Below are positions 29,254-40,186 of a stretch of 64,000 nt of DNA, one piece after another. The stretch comes from an uncultured delta proteobacterium (GTDB lineage Bacteria > Desulfobacterota > Binatia > Binatales > Binataceae). The notes beneath the pieces were generated by a model. It did no database searches, was not told the origin of the DNA, and saw only the letters and a program-made list of their open reading frames with translations. The position numbers were made by a program, and so were the translations under genes. The stretch covers positions 1,536,001 through 1,600,000 of the forward strand of contig CAWEEQ010000004.1 of NCBI GenBank assembly GCA_963808235.1, given 5' to 3'. Every line of letters begins with the position of its first letter. Positions within the stretch are counted from its first letter, which is position 1.

Positions 29254-30586
29254 TTCGATTCCTGCTTCGCGACTTTGCCTTGCCATTCCCCACCCCGCTT
29301 CGCAGCTCCATCGCGCGCGCATGACCTTCGAATCCTTCCATCCGCGCAAGATGAGCGACCGCCGGTCCCAGCGCCGCGACGGCGCCCGTTGACGCCTCGA
29401 TTATACTGGTTCGCTTGAGAAAATCGTATGCACCCAGCGGCGACGCGAATCGCGCCGCGCCCCCAGTAGGCAGCACATGGTTGGGACCGGCAAGATAGTC
29501 GCCAAGCGGCGCGGGCGTGAGCGCGCCGAGGAACACGGCGCCGGCGGCCTTGACGTGCGGGAGCCATCGCGAAGGATGGCGGATCTCGAGCTCGAGATGC
29601 TCGGGTGCGATCTCATTGGCGAGATCGAAAGCTTCGTCGAGGTTGCGCACGACGACCATCGCGCCGCGCTTTCGGAGTGCGCCTTCGACCTGGCTGGCGC
29701 GGGGAAGATTCCTCAGTGCGCGTTCCGTGGCGTCGGCAACTTCGTTCGCAATTTTGGTTGACGGAGTCAGCAGGATAGCGGCCTCGTCGCCGGAACCGTG
29801 CTCGGCCTGCGCGATCAAGTCGGCGGCAATCCAATCCGGATTCGCGCCGTCGTCAGCAATCACCAGGACTTCGCTCGGGCCGGCCATCTTGTCGATATCG
29901 GTCACGCCATAGACCATTCGTTTCGCGGCTTGCACGAATGCGTTGCCGGGGCCAACGATTTTGTCGACTGGCGCGATAGTGTCGGTGCCATATGCGAGCG
30001 CGGCGACCGCATGCGCTCCGCCGACTCGATAAAACTCGTCGACGCCGGCGATTTCGGCGGCCGCCAGCACCGCGGGGCGGGCGCCTTCAGATGAAGGCGG
30101 CGAGACCATCACGATTTCGACGACGCCGGCGACCTTGGCGGGAATCGCGTTCATCAGCACCGACGATGGGTACGCGCCGAGACCGCCGGGTACATAAATT
30201 CCGACCCGGCGGAGCGGAGTCACCATCTGGCCGAGACGCATCCCAGCGCGGTCGCGGTAGATGAAAGACTTCTCGATCGTGCGCCGGTGAAACTCCGTGA
30301 TGCGGCGCGCGGCGAGTTCGAGCGCGCGGCGATCGTCGCGCGGGATCTGACTCAGCGCGGAGCGGCGTTCAGCGGGCGTGACGCGAATGGTCGCCGCGGT
30401 CAGCTTGACGCGGTCGAACTTCGCGGTGAAGTCGATCAGCGCGCGGTCGCCCAGCTTCCGGACGCGGTCGATAATCTTCGCGACAGTGCTATCGACAGCG
30501 TCGGAGTCGCCCCCGCGGCGCGCCAGGATCGTGGCCAGGAATTTTTTGAACTCGGGAGTTCGAGAGTTGAGAACGCGCGGCCTCAT
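29243..30586 (-). CDS. hisD: Histidinol dehydrogenase
   Basis: GIYVPGG, YPSSVLM, KIVGPGN, AGPSE, QAEH, APEHL, GPNHVLPT. Confidence 0.97.
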   Translation of the reverse strand: MRPRVLNSRTPEFKKFLATILARRGGDSDAVDSTVAKIIDRVRKLGDRALIDFTAKFDRVKLTAATIRVTPAERRSALSQIPRDDRRALELAARRITEFHRRTIEKSFIYRDRAGMRLGQMVTPLRRVGIYVPGGLGAYPSSVLMNAIPAKVAGVVEIVMVSPPSSEGARPAVLAAAEIAGVDEFYRVGGAHAVAALAYGTDTIAPVDKIVGPGNAFVQAAKRMVYGVTDIDKMAGPSEVLVIADDGANPDWIAADLIAQAEHGSGDEAAILLTPSTKIANEVADATERALRNLPRASQVEGALRKRGAMVVVRNLDEAFDLANEIAPEHLELEIRHPSRWLPHVKAAGAVFLGALTPAPLGDYLAGPNHVLPTGGAARFASPLGAYDFLKRTSIIEASTGAVAALGPAVAHLARMEGFEGHARAMELRSGVGNGKAKSRSRNRSAK

Positions 30587-30595
30587 CGTGGCGAA

Positions 30596-31864
30596 CTATA
30601 CTTTCGAATCGTCGCGGACGCGCTCGATTCGTGCGCCAAGCTGCGAGAGCTTTGAGTCGAGCGCTTCGTAGCCGCGATCGAGATGATAGACGCGGCTCAA
30701 TTCGGTGGTGTTTGCGGCGGCGAGTCCCGCGATGATCAGACCCATGCTGGCGCGCAAGTCAGTCGCCATCACGGGCGCGCCGCTGAGTTTCGATGGGGCG
30801 CGCACCACGGCGGTGGGGCCCTTCATGACGATATCGGCGCCCATGCGGGCGAGTTCTTGCGCGTGCATGAATCGGTTCTCGAAAATCGTTTCGGTGATGA
30901 CCGAAGTGCCTTCGGCTTGCGTCAGCATCGCCATCATCTGCGCCTGGAGATCGGTCGGAAAGCCGGGATACGGCAGCGTGCGCAGCTCGACGGGTTGCAA
31001 TTTGCCGGCACGCGCGACGCGAAGGCCGCTGCCGTTGGACTCGACCGAGACGCCAGCCTCCCGCAGTTTGACTACGACCGCTTCGAGGTGCTCGACCGGG
31101 GCGTTCGAGATCGTCACGTCGCCGCCGGTGATCGCCGCCGCCGCCATCATGGAGCCGGCCTCGATTCGATCGGAGATGATCGCATGCTCACAGCCGTGGA
31201 GGCGCTCGACGCCTTCGATTTCGATCACGTGAGTGCCGGCGCCGGTAATTTTCGCGCCCATCCTGGCAAGCATTCGCGCAAGATCCTGAACTTCGGGCTC
31301 GCGCGCGGCGTTCTCGATCAAAGTGCGTCCGCGGGCGGTCACCGCGGCCATCAGGATATTCTCGGTGGCGCCGACCGACGGAGAGTCCAGCCAGATTCGC
31401 GCGCCGACCAATTTTTCCGCATGCGCCTCGACGTAGCCGTTACGAAACTGGATCTTGCTGCCGAGCGAGCGAATCCCCGAGATATGCAGATTCACCGGGC
31501 GCGCCCCGATCGCGCATCCGCCGGGAGTCGAAACCCGCGCGCGTCCCGTCCGCGCCAGCAAAGGACCCAGCACCACGAACGACGCGCGCATCGTCTTGAC
31601 CAGTTCGTACGACGCTTCGTGCGAGGTGACGTTGGATGCGCGAAGCTCGACTTCGTGCTCGCCGGTCCAGCGTGTCTCGACGCCCAACTGGGTGAGCAGG
31701 TCCATCGCGGTCTTCACGTCGCGAAGGCGCGGGACGTTGGTCAGTCTGATCGGGTCAACTGTGAGCAGCGACGCCATCATGATCGGCAAGGTGGCATTCT
31801 TGCTGCCGCTGAGCGCGACCGAGCCGCGCAGCGGCGCGCCGCCATGAATCATCATTTTATCCAT
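30596..31864 (-). CDS. murA: UDP-N-acetylglucosamine 1-carboxyvinyltransferase
   Basis: [39 protein letters not shown]. Confidence 0.97.
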   Translation of the reverse strand: MDKMMIHGGAPLRGSVALSGSKNATLPIMMASLLTVDPIRLTNVPRLRDVKTAMDLLTQLGVETRWTGEHEVELRASNVTSHEASYELVKTMRASFVVLGPLLARTGRARVSTPGGCAIGARPVNLHISGIRSLGSKIQFRNGYVEAHAEKLVGARIWLDSPSVGATENILMAAVTARGRTLIENAAREPEVQDLARMLARMGAKITGAGTHVIEIEGVERLHGCEHAIISDRIEAGSMMAAAAITGGDVTISNAPVEHLEAVVVKLREAGVSVESNGSGLRVARAGKLQPVELRTLPYPGFPTDLQAQMMAMLTQAEGTSVITETIFENRFMHAQELARMGADIVMKGPTAVVRAPSKLSGAPVMATDLRASMGLIIAGLAAANTTELSRVYHLDRGYEALDSKLSQLGARIERVRDDSKV

Positions 31865-31869
31865 GCTGA

Positions 31870-32766
31870 TTACCCCCGCCCTGCCGCGCGCACGACCCGC
31901 GGATGCCCCGCGAGATCGTTTAGCACAGAGACGACCCGCAATCCCGCCCGTTCGAAAATATCCGAGACCGCGGCGGCCTGGCCCGCGCCGACTTCGACTA
32001 TCAGCTCAGCGTCGCCGCCAGAGAAATGCACGCGCGCACCCGACGCGATTCGACGAAAGAAATTCAAGCCGTCCGAGCCAGCGCCCAACGCCACGCGCGG
32101 CTCGTAGCCGCGAACGTCCGGCTGCAGATCGGCGAGCGATTGATCTTCGACGTAGGGCGGATTCGAGACGATCAGGTCGAAAGATCCAAGCGGCGCGCCG
32201 TCATCGCGCGCGTCGAAGCAATCGGCGTGGCGAAATGTGACGCGATCGGCGACTCGATGGCGGGCGGCATTGCGCGCGGCGATCGCGAGTGCGTCGGCAG
32301 AGATGTCCGTGGCCGTGACGCGCGCAGCGTGGGCATTGGCGGCGACTGCGATCGCGATCGCGCCGGATCCAGTGCCGATATCAAGCACGCGAGGATCCCG
32401 TCGGCGCTGAACCGTCTCGAGTGCGGCCGCGACCGCTATTTCAGTCTCGGGTCGCGGAATGAGAACGGAGGGGCTGACCTCGAACTCCAGCGAATAGAAT
32501 TCCTTGTGACCGACAATGTAAGCGAGCGGCTCGCGTTTCTCGCGGCGAACAATCATCGCTTCGAATCGCGCCAGTGCTTCGTCAGACAGCGACGCTCCGC
32601 CTGCAAGAATTTCCGCGCGAGTGACACCGGCCGCCGCAGCCAACAGGAGTTCCGCGTCGAGCCACGCCGACTCGACCCCCGATGCGGCGAGTCTCCGCGC
32701 GGCGCGGTCGATCGCGTCGAATCCGCGGCCCTGTCCCGTCATCTCGTGAGTCACGACGGCGCTCAA
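31870..32766 (-). CDS. prmC: Release factor glutamine methyltransferase
   Basis: EPLAYI, LIPRPETE, DIGTGSG, SNPPY. Confidence 0.95.
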   Translation of the reverse strand: MSAVVTHEMTGQGRGFDAIDRAARRLAASGVESAWLDAELLLAAAAGVTRAEILAGGASLSDEALARFEAMIVRREKREPLAYIVGHKEFYSLEFEVSPSVLIPRPETEIAVAAALETVQRRRDPRVLDIGTGSGAIAIAVAANAHAARVTATDISADALAIAARNAARHRVADRVTFRHADCFDARDDGAPLGSFDLIVSNPPYVEDQSLADLQPDVRGYEPRVALGAGSDGLNFFRRIASGARVHFSGGDAELIVEVGAGQAAAVSDIFERAGLRVVSVLNDLAGHPRVVRAAGRG

Positions 32767-33824
32767 GTTTTCAGTGACTGCTCGCGGTCGTAGGCCGCAA
32801 GCGCGTCGATTACGGGGTCGATTGCGCCGTCGAGAAAATTGTCGAGCTGATGGATGGTCACGTTGACGCGATGATCGGTGACCCGCGACTGAGGAAAATT
32901 GTAGGTGCGGATGCGCTCGGAGCGGTCGCCAGTGCCGACCATCGAGCGCCGGGTCTCGGCGATTTTCGCCTGCTGCTCTTCCTGTGCGGCTTCGAGCAGC
33001 CGCGCGCGCAGAATTTTGAGCGCCCGCGCTTTGTTCTTATGCTGCGATTTTTCGTCGCGGCAGATTATCACCATCCCGCTCGGAATATGCGTGATGCGTA
33101 CCGCGGAGTCGGTGGTGTTGACGCTCTGCCCGCCGGGCCCCGACGCGCGCATCACGTCGATCCGCAAATCCTTGGCCTCGTTGATGTTGACTTCGACTTC
33201 GTCGGCTTCGGGCATCACCGCGACGGTCACCGCGGAAGTGTGGATGCGCCCGGAGCCTTCGGTTTCAGGCACGCGCTGGACGCGATGCACTCCGCCTTCA
33301 TATTTCAGACGCGAGTAGGCTCCGCGGCCGGTGACCAGCGCGATGACTTCCTTGAGTCCGCCCAGGCCGGTGTCGCTCAAACTGAGCGCCTCGATCTTGA
33401 ATCCGTGACGTTCGGCGTAGCGGGTGTACATCCGGTACAGATCGCCGGCGAACAGCGAGGCCTCTTCGCCGCCGGTGCCGGCGCGAATTTCGAGGATTAC
33501 GTTTTTGTCGTCATTGGGATCGCGAGGAGTGAGCAGCTCTTTGAGCTTCTCTTCGACGGCGGACAGATTCTTTTGCAGCGTCGGCAGTTCGGCTTTGGCG
33601 AGCTCGCGCAAATCGGCGTCGTCGCCGTCGAGGATCGCTTTGTGACCGGCGATCTCGTCGGCAATCCGGATGTACTCGCGAGCGCATTGGGCGGCCTCGG
33701 AGAGCTGCGAGCGCTCCTTGGCGAGTTTTGCGTATTCGCGCTGATTGCCGAGCGTCGCGGGATCACTCAGTTTGCGCTCGAGTTCGGCGACTCGCTCTTC
33801 GATAGCGCTTGCCTTATCGAGCAT
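32763..33824 (-). CDS. prfA: Peptide chain release factor 1
   Basis: EIRAGTGGEEA, HRVQRVPETE, GPGGQ, RTYNFPQ. Confidence 0.97.
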   Translation of the reverse strand: MLDKASAIEERVAELERKLSDPATLGNQREYAKLAKERSQLSEAAQCAREYIRIADEIAGHKAILDGDDADLRELAKAELPTLQKNLSAVEEKLKELLTPRDPNDDKNVILEIRAGTGGEEASLFAGDLYRMYTRYAERHGFKIEALSLSDTGLGGLKEVIALVTGRGAYSRLKYEGGVHRVQRVPETEGSGRIHTSAVTVAVMPEADEVEVNINEAKDLRIDVMRASGPGGQSVNTTDSAVRITHIPSGMVIICRDEKSQHKNKARALKILRARLLEAAQEEQQAKIAETRRSMVGTGDRSERIRTYNFPQSRVTDHRVNVTIHQLDNFLDGAIDPVIDALAAYDREQSLKT

Positions 33825-33970
33825 CGCAGTTCCTATTCAGCACCAGGAAATCCCCCGGACCGACGCGTTGCGTTGAAACAAAAACGGCGCGGCCGCAATC
33901 GACCGTGCCGATATATTCTCCCCCGCGCACCCGGGTGCATCGTGCACCGCAGGCGGCGGGAGTTGCAATG

Positions 33971-34219
33971 CTACTTGGTGGCAGTCTTGTCCGCGCTCTT
34001 GTCGGCGGTCTCGCCGGGCTTCTTGATGCCGTACTTGCGATTGAAGCGCTCAACGCGGCCGGCGGTATCGACGAGGCGCTGGGTGCCGGTGTAAAAGGGA
34101 TGGCACTTCGAGCAAACCTCGACATGAAGCTCTTTCAAAGTCGAGCGGGTTTCAAAGGTGTTGCCGCAGGCGCAGGTTACGACGCAGCGGCGGTATTCGG
34201 GATGGATTCCAGGTTTCAT
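33971..34219 (-). CDS. rpmE: 50S ribosomal protein L31 (Zn-binding type)
   Basis: MKPGIHPEY...CACG...[10 protein letters not shown]...GRVERF. Confidence 0.97.
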   Translation of the reverse strand: MKPGIHPEYRRCVVTCACGNTFETRSTLKELHVEVCSKCHPFYTGTQRLVDTAGRVERFNRKYGIKKPGETADKSADKTATK

Positions 34220-34315
34220 TTTTGCTTCTCGATCTCGCGGGCCTCTTGCGAAACAGGATATCATCGCGAGCGAACTCAAACAATTCGCCAATCACGGCGG
34301 TCGATTCGGTTTCTT

Positions 34316-35818
34316 TTGACCCTTAAAATCGCCTCGTTAGCAGCAATTCTAATCACGATCGGCACGATTTCCAGTGCTGCCGATTTGCGTGCGCCGGCCC
34401 CCGGATTTGCTCCGGAAACGCAGACGCTTTTCGCCCCGATAGTCGAGCTCGCGCCGCCCGGCCCGGAGCGCGCGGCTCGAGCAATCGCAATCATGGACCG
34501 GCAACTCGCTTTTCAGCGCAAGCTCTCGTTTCATCCGGCGCTTGGGCCGTCGCTGCAGAAAGTCGTCGATGAACTTCCGCCACGGCAATCGACACTGATT
34601 CGCGCCGCCGCGCTTTACTCGAAGCCGGAGGTCCCATGGAGCGATAAGCCCGACGGAACTCATCAGATAAGCGTCTCCGGAGAGCCGCGCGGGACCGATT
34701 TTTTTTATTCGCTGGCGACCGACTACCACAGTCCCGAGGAGCCGGCATCCTTTTCGGGAGTGTTCGGCCTAAAGCCCGCGCCGGGATCGACTCCGGCGAA
34801 CATTTCGAGCGTGAACGGAACTCTCGCCGGTGAGTTGACCGTCGATACCTACGGGATGGGAGCGCTGGTCGACGTGGTCGCCGGCATCATCCGTGAGCTC
34901 TATGGCGATCTGAAACCGCCGTGGGACAGCGCGGCGGGGGTTTTCAATCGTCACGACAAAGCGGCGCTGGACAGGTTCCATCGCCAAATGCCTCATCTCG
35001 CGGCGAAAGTCGATCAATATTTTAAATTCGACAACGTGCTTGACGAGTTCAATTCGGCGTCGGGACCGGTTGTGTTGTTCAATATCGACACCGAGCTACG
35101 CCAGGACGCGCTCAAAAAATATCCGAAGCTTTACGACTTTTATCGCAAGCTCAAGCCGGCGGTGGGCGAAGACTCGGCGCTTTTGGACGCTCACGGAAAT
35201 TGTTGGATGCTGACCGGCTTCCATCGCGGCCATATCCGTATGACCCTGATGGTTCGCAATGGCCGGCTCACGCCGTTCAACGCGTTATTGAAACCGGCCG
35301 GCGAGAGTATCGCGCTCGACGCGATCGAGCGCGGGCACTATCGCACCGTCTCGTCGATTGAGATCAACAGTCTGAAAATGCACTTCGGCCTCGACCACTT
35401 GAGCTTTGCGACCGACTATAGCCGCGACGCAAACGTCGTGACCTTCGCCAACCAGATGGATTCGGTCCCGGAACTGGTAGCGCCGCCGGGTATCCATAAG
35501 ATGATGGACTTGATCGCGGGCGAGTTCCTGCGCGTGCTGGCGACCGGAAATGGCGGAATGAAGACAGAGCTCGCGTGCCGCCGGCTGCCAAGCGGCTACT
35601 ACGATTTCGCCGCCGGCTTCACCGCCCAGCTCAACTACTCACCGGCGCTCGAATTCCTCGCGCGGGTCGGCGACGCTTTTGCGAAAGCGCACGACGAGGA
35701 AGTCCGCAAAGAAGAGCGCGCGTTCGGCGAGGAATTGTTCGACGCGTTCGTCGCTGACTACAATGACGCGCGTCCGGCGATCCGTGCTTTGGATAGTGTC
35801 CAGGAAACGGCTCGGTGA
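34316..35818 (+). CDS. Hypothetical exported protein (about 500 aa)
   Basis: Long ORF with coding-like codon bias; signal-like segment after TTG at 34316; the ORF-track extension overlaps rpmE and is not credible. Confidence 0.6.
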   Translation: MTLKIASLAAILITIGTISSAADLRAPAPGFAPETQTLFAPIVELAPPGPERAARAIAIMDRQLAFQRKLSFHPALGPSLQKVVDELPPRQSTLIRAAALYSKPEVPWSDKPDGTHQISVSGEPRGTDFFYSLATDYHSPEEPASFSGVFGLKPAPGSTPANISSVNGTLAGELTVDTYGMGALVDVVAGIIRELYGDLKPPWDSAAGVFNRHDKAALDRFHRQMPHLAAKVDQYFKFDNVLDEFNSASGPVVLFNIDTELRQDALKKYPKLYDFYRKLKPAVGEDSALLDAHGNCWMLTGFHRGHIRMTLMVRNGRLTPFNALLKPAGESIALDAIERGHYRTVSSIEINSLKMHFGLDHLSFATDYSRDANVVTFANQMDSVPELVAPPGIHKMMDLIAGEFLRVLATGNGGMKTELACRRLPSGYYDFAAGFTAQLNYSPALEFLARVGDAFAKAHDEEVRKEERAFGEELFDAFVADYNDARPAIRALDSVQETAR

Positions 35819-36528
35819 AAAGTAACGATCAGATGAAACTGTTAACTCAGATCGGCCTCGGCGGATTGTTCGCATTCGCGCTTGCGATCGCGGGATGCGC
35901 CGGCCAGGACACACCGCCCGAGCCGGCACCCGGAGCAGCTCCGGCCGCGAAGATGGTTACCGACCTGTCGTCGGTCTCGAGCACGCCGATCGATCCGCTC
36001 GGTACTCATGCCGTTCCTAAGCGCGGAGAAGGACTGTTGCGCGACGAGGGCGGAGACTCATCGTCGCCGCGGACGTTTGGCGCGGAGCCGGGAATCTCGC
36101 GAACGATGGGCAGCGACGCGAATCCCGGCGAGGAGCGCCTACTCAATGCGAAGGCGGCCCAGTTCGCCAACTTTTCGCAAGTGATTCTCGATCGCATCTT
36201 CGCGCATCTCCAAATCGCGGAGAAAGAGGAAGAGATATCGCGCACCAGGTTGCCGACCGACATTAAGCCTGTCGTGATCACCGCGATCATGGACAAGAAC
36301 GGCAAGCTGACCGAACTGATTCTCGAACAGCATTCGGGCAAGGCCAGGATCGATCAGATGATGATCGCGGTGTGCAAGAAGGCGATTTGGTACCGCAATC
36401 CGCCGCTGGAAGCGCTCTCGGGAGACGGAAATTACAAGCTTACGATCCAATGCCGGCTCGAAAACTTCGCCTCGAAGGATGAGGCGCACTGGAGCTTCAT
36501 CACGCGGATTGGGCTCGGACTCGGCTAG
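35815..36528 (+). CDS. Hypothetical lipoprotein with TonB/TolA C-terminal-like domain
   Basis: Lipobox IAGC; C-terminal VITAIMDKNGKL...SGKARID...PP pattern. Confidence 0.55.
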   Translation: MKSNDQMKLLTQIGLGGLFAFALAIAGCAGQDTPPEPAPGAAPAAKMVTDLSSVSSTPIDPLGTHAVPKRGEGLLRDEGGDSSSPRTFGAEPGISRTMGSDANPGEERLLNAKAAQFANFSQVILDRIFAHLQIAEKEEEISRTRLPTDIKPVVITAIMDKNGKLTELILEQHSGKARIDQMMIAVCKKAIWYRNPPLEALSGDGNYKLTIQCRLENFASKDEAHWSFITRIGLGLG

Positions 36529-36583
36529 AAGCGAAAGCTCGCGCGCGCAGCAGATGCTGTCCGGTTCTGCTAGAATCGCCGCG

Positions 36584-37720
36584 GTGCAAACGCTCGACGA
36601 ATACATCCCGCGACCCGGCCTGTCGGTCCCGATCGTGACGATTCTCGACGCCGAGGGCCGGATTCTCGAAGATCAGCAGCGCGCTGCCGTGCGCTTTGCG
36701 ATCCAGGACGGCTCGGGCGCGGACATTATTTTCGCCGCGGGCACTACCGGCGAGTGGGATCGCGTCGACAATCCGCGCAGACAAGCGGTGGTACGAATCG
36801 CGATCGACGAATGCCGTCGTGCGCGCGCAACGGCGGCAAAGAAGATCGAAGCGTGGGCGGGAGTCACCGGACATACCCGAGCCGAGACACTTGCGAATCT
36901 GGCCAGCGCGATCGAAGCCGGCGCCGATGCGGCAGTGCTCGCACCGCTGTCGGTCAGGGACGTCGAGCATCCCGCGAAGTTCGTCGAGCGTGACGTCGGC
37001 GCGGTCTACAATCGCGCGGGTCGGGCAATTCCGCTGTTCCTCTACGACAACGCCGAGATTGCCGCGGCTGGCAACGCGCCGCATCTCCATACCAGCGACG
37101 TCAAGCAGATGAGCCGGCTCGAATACGTGCGCGGGATCAAAGTTACCGCGAGCAAGTCCGTGATCGGCAACTACACGCGCGCCGCTTCGCATTTCAAAGC
37201 GAGTCATGAGTTCGCGATCTATGCCGGCAACGCGTACCTGATTTTCGATTTGTTCGCACCGCCTGAGGGAGTCGCCGACCGGATGCGGCATCATTGGAAT
37301 CGCTACTTGACCCAACGCACGCGGCCTTATGGCGTCGTCGCGGGACCGGCCAATGCGATGCCGCGCGAATGGCAGCGGGCATGGCAGGTTTGTCGATCGG
37401 CCGACCGCGAGCTGATGCAACTTTATGAAAAGGCAATCGAGGAGTTTCGCATCGCGTGTACGTTTAAGCGCGGGCGCAAGCCCTATCGCCCGACCATCGC
37501 GTGCCTGAAGGCCGCGCTCAAAGATCTCGGCGTGATCGACAGCGACGCGCTTGCCCCGGGTACGCCGGCAATGAGCGACATCGAGCGGCGCGAATTCAGC
37601 ACGCGATTCGGAATGTTGCGCGAGCTGTGCGCCGAAACGCTCGAGCACGGATGGGTCAGCGAATTCGACGGGCACGCGCACGGCGCCGCGTCGCGCAAGA
37701 TGGCTACCCGCAATGGTTGA
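36584..37720 (+). CDS. DHDPS/NAL-family class I aldolase (divergent)
   Basis: AGTTGE, LYDN, GIKVT Schiff-base Lys; TAGAAT -10 just upstream of GTG (possibly leaderless). Confidence 0.75.
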   Translation: MQTLDEYIPRPGLSVPIVTILDAEGRILEDQQRAAVRFAIQDGSGADIIFAAGTTGEWDRVDNPRRQAVVRIAIDECRRARATAAKKIEAWAGVTGHTRAETLANLASAIEAGADAAVLAPLSVRDVEHPAKFVERDVGAVYNRAGRAIPLFLYDNAEIAAAGNAPHLHTSDVKQMSRLEYVRGIKVTASKSVIGNYTRAASHFKASHEFAIYAGNAYLIFDLFAPPEGVADRMRHHWNRYLTQRTRPYGVVAGPANAMPREWQRAWQVCRSADRELMQLYEKAIEEFRIACTFKRGRKPYRPTIACLKAALKDLGVIDSDALAPGTPAMSDIERREFSTRFGMLRELCAETLEHGWVSEFDGHAHGAASRKMATRNG

Positions 37721-39372
37721 AGCGAAACTCGATGTCGTCGGATGCGGGAGCATGGTCGTCGACCTGTTCTATCGGACCCCGCGAATAATCCGCGCCGACG
37801 AAAAAATCCTGCTGCGATCGCATACCGCGAGCGCCGCGATCGAACGCACCGAGGTCGGCGGCCTGGTCCTCAATCATCTTGGATGGGGCCGGGTTCTCGG
37901 GCTTACGACCGGCATTTTCGGCAAGCTCGGCGACGATCGCAACGGCGAGTTCCTGCGCGAGGGAATGGATCGCCTGGGGATTCGGCATCATCTGACGTTT
38001 GACGGAAGCGCAAGCGCGTTCGCAACTATCTTCGTCGACGCAGCCGGCGATCGCGCAATCTATATGGCGCGTGGAGCGACCGGCGAGCTCACCCCGGCCG
38101 AAGTGCGCAATCGCCACGGCGCATTCATCCGCCGCGCCCGCCTGGTCTCGACCGAGATTTCGCAGCTTCCGCTCCGCACCGTGCTTGCGATCCTTCTGTT
38201 CGCGCGGACCCACTCGATTCCCACGATTCTCGACGTCGATGTGCCTCCGTCGGACGTGATCGGATCGCTTGGGAGCCGCGCCGAACTCGAGCGCGCATTG
38301 AAGCTGGCGACTTATCTGAAGCCCGCGAAAGCGGCGGCGCGTGAAATCGTCACCGGCAACGGACGCGATCCACTAAAAATGGCGGAAGCGATTCGCGGCC
38401 GATATGGAAATCGCGCGGTCATAATCACCGAAGGCGACAAGGGATGCTCGATCGCGGCGCGCGAGACCACGGTTCGAGTGCCCGCATTCAAGGTCAAGCA
38501 GATTGATTCGACCGGGGCCGGCGATTCATTTTTGGCGGGAGTGTTCGCGGGTTTGCGGCTAGGGCTCCCGTGGGAAAAGATCGGACGCCTTGCGAACGCG
38601 GCCGGAGCGGTCGGCGTTACCCGGCTTGGCGCGTTTCCAGCCGGATTCGAAGTGCGTGAGCAAATCCTCGACTTGTATGGCGAAGCGATCGCGCTGCCCA
38701 GCCCGCATACCGACACGGAGCCGCGCGAAACGGCGATCGGCGATTCGAGCGGCGAAGTCGGCGAGTTTTTTGACGTGGCACTCAAGGAACTCGGCGAGCT
38801 GCGCGGCGGTTTGAACCTCGCGGCGATTTCGCGCACCGTCGAGATAATTCGCACCGCGCTCGGCCGTGGCGGGCGAGTTCATGTAACTGGAGTCGGGAAG
38901 CCCGAACACGTCGCGCGTTACGCGGCCAGTCTCTTCTGCTCGGTCGGCACGCCCGCGACGTTTTCTGCACGCGACCGAAACCTTGCACGGCAGTCTCGGC
39001 CAGGTGCATCCGCGCGACGTTGTGATTGCGATCTCGAACAGCGGGAACACCGACGAGCTGCTTTCGACCGCGACCGCAATCCGCGAACAGGGCGCGCAAC
39101 TGATCGCGATAACCGGCAACAAAGATTCCGGCCTCGCGCAAGTCGCGGACCTGGTGATCCACGCGCCGGTTACACAAGAAGGCGGCGGACTCGGGCTGGC
39201 GCCGCGAATCAGCGTGCTCGGCGAAGTCTTCGTGCTGGCGGGATTGTCGGTGGCGCTCGAAGTCGCGCACGGGCTGACAGTCGAGGAATACAGCCGATGG
39301 CATCGCGCGGGCGCGATCGGCGAAGCGGCGCGGCGCCTCGCAGAGACGCGCACCTCCGGCCGCCGCGCCTGA
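37713..39372 (+). CDS. PfkB sugar kinase fused to a SIS (KpsF/GutQ-like) isomerase domain, with a frameshift at about 38962
   Basis: DSTGAGD PfkB signature; VTGVGK...TPATF continues as LHATETLHGSLG...ISNSG if one T of TTTT (38961-38964) is removed. Confidence 0.8.
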
Positions 39373-39373
39373 T

Positions 39374-40147
39374 TTATTTTCCCTGAAATTTTGGCGCGCG
39401 CTTTTGCTGGAAGGCGGTGATGCCCTCCTTGTAGTCGGCGGTCCGGCCGGCGGCGCCTTGCGCTTGCGCCTCGCATTTCAGAACCGCAAACAGTCCGAGC
39501 GCTTCCTCGTCGATTCTGCGCACCAAATGCTTCGATTGCATGAACGCCGCGGTCGGGCCTTGCGCGACCTGCGCGGCTATCTTGCGCGCGTGCGCGACAA
39601 GCGAATCGCGCGGCATGCTCTGGTTCACCAATCCAAGCGCCGCAGCTTCGGCGCCCGAGAGCAACCGCCCCGTATAGATGAGTTCGAGCGCGCGATGAGC
39701 TCCCAGGCGCGAGACGAAAAACGAATGGCCTCCCGAATCGAGCACCGCGCCGATTCGCGCGAACGGAGAGCCGATCTTCGCGTCGTCGGCAATGTAAACA
39801 ACGTCGCAGGCGAGCGCGACGCCGAGTCCTGCGCCAAGGCATGCGCCATGCACGGCTGCGAACGTCGGCGCCGGAAACGCCGCGATTCGTTTGATCAGTG
39901 GATTGAAGGTGGTCTCGATTATCGCTTCGGCATCTTCGTTGCCCGGGTCAGCATCGGCGAGATCTCGTCCAGCCGAAAATGCCGGTCCCTCTCCGCGAAT
40001 CAGCAGCGCGCGTGCGGCTTGCGACGCGGCGCGATCGAGACATTCGTTGAGACCCGCGACCATCGCGTCGTTGAGCGCATTTAGCTTCTCGGGCCGATTG
40101 AGAACAATTTCCGCAAGCCCGCCTTCGACGGACAAATCGACGCTCAT
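39374..40147 (-). CDS. Enoyl-CoA hydratase/isomerase (crotonase, PaaG-like)
   Basis: LNRPEKLNAL, AFSAGRD, HGACLGAG, FARIGAVLDSG. Confidence 0.9.
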   Translation of the reverse strand: MSVDLSVEGGLAEIVLNRPEKLNALNDAMVAGLNECLDRAASQAARALLIRGEGPAFSAGRDLADADPGNEDAEAIIETTFNPLIKRIAAFPAPTFAAVHGACLGAGLGVALACDVVYIADDAKIGSPFARIGAVLDSGGHSFFVSRLGAHRALELIYTGRLLSGAEAAALGLVNQSMPRDSLVAHARKIAAQVAQGPTAAFMQSKHLVRRIDEEALGLFAVLKCEAQAQGAAGRTADYKEGITAFQQKRAPKFQGK

Positions 40148-40186
40148 ATTCTTTGCCTCCGCTTCGACCCTGAAATGTTGGCCTAT

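Noticed and set aside
33809-34315. N-terminal extension of the 669 aa ORF
   Set aside because: It is antisense to rpmE; a signal-like start at about 34316 is more plausible
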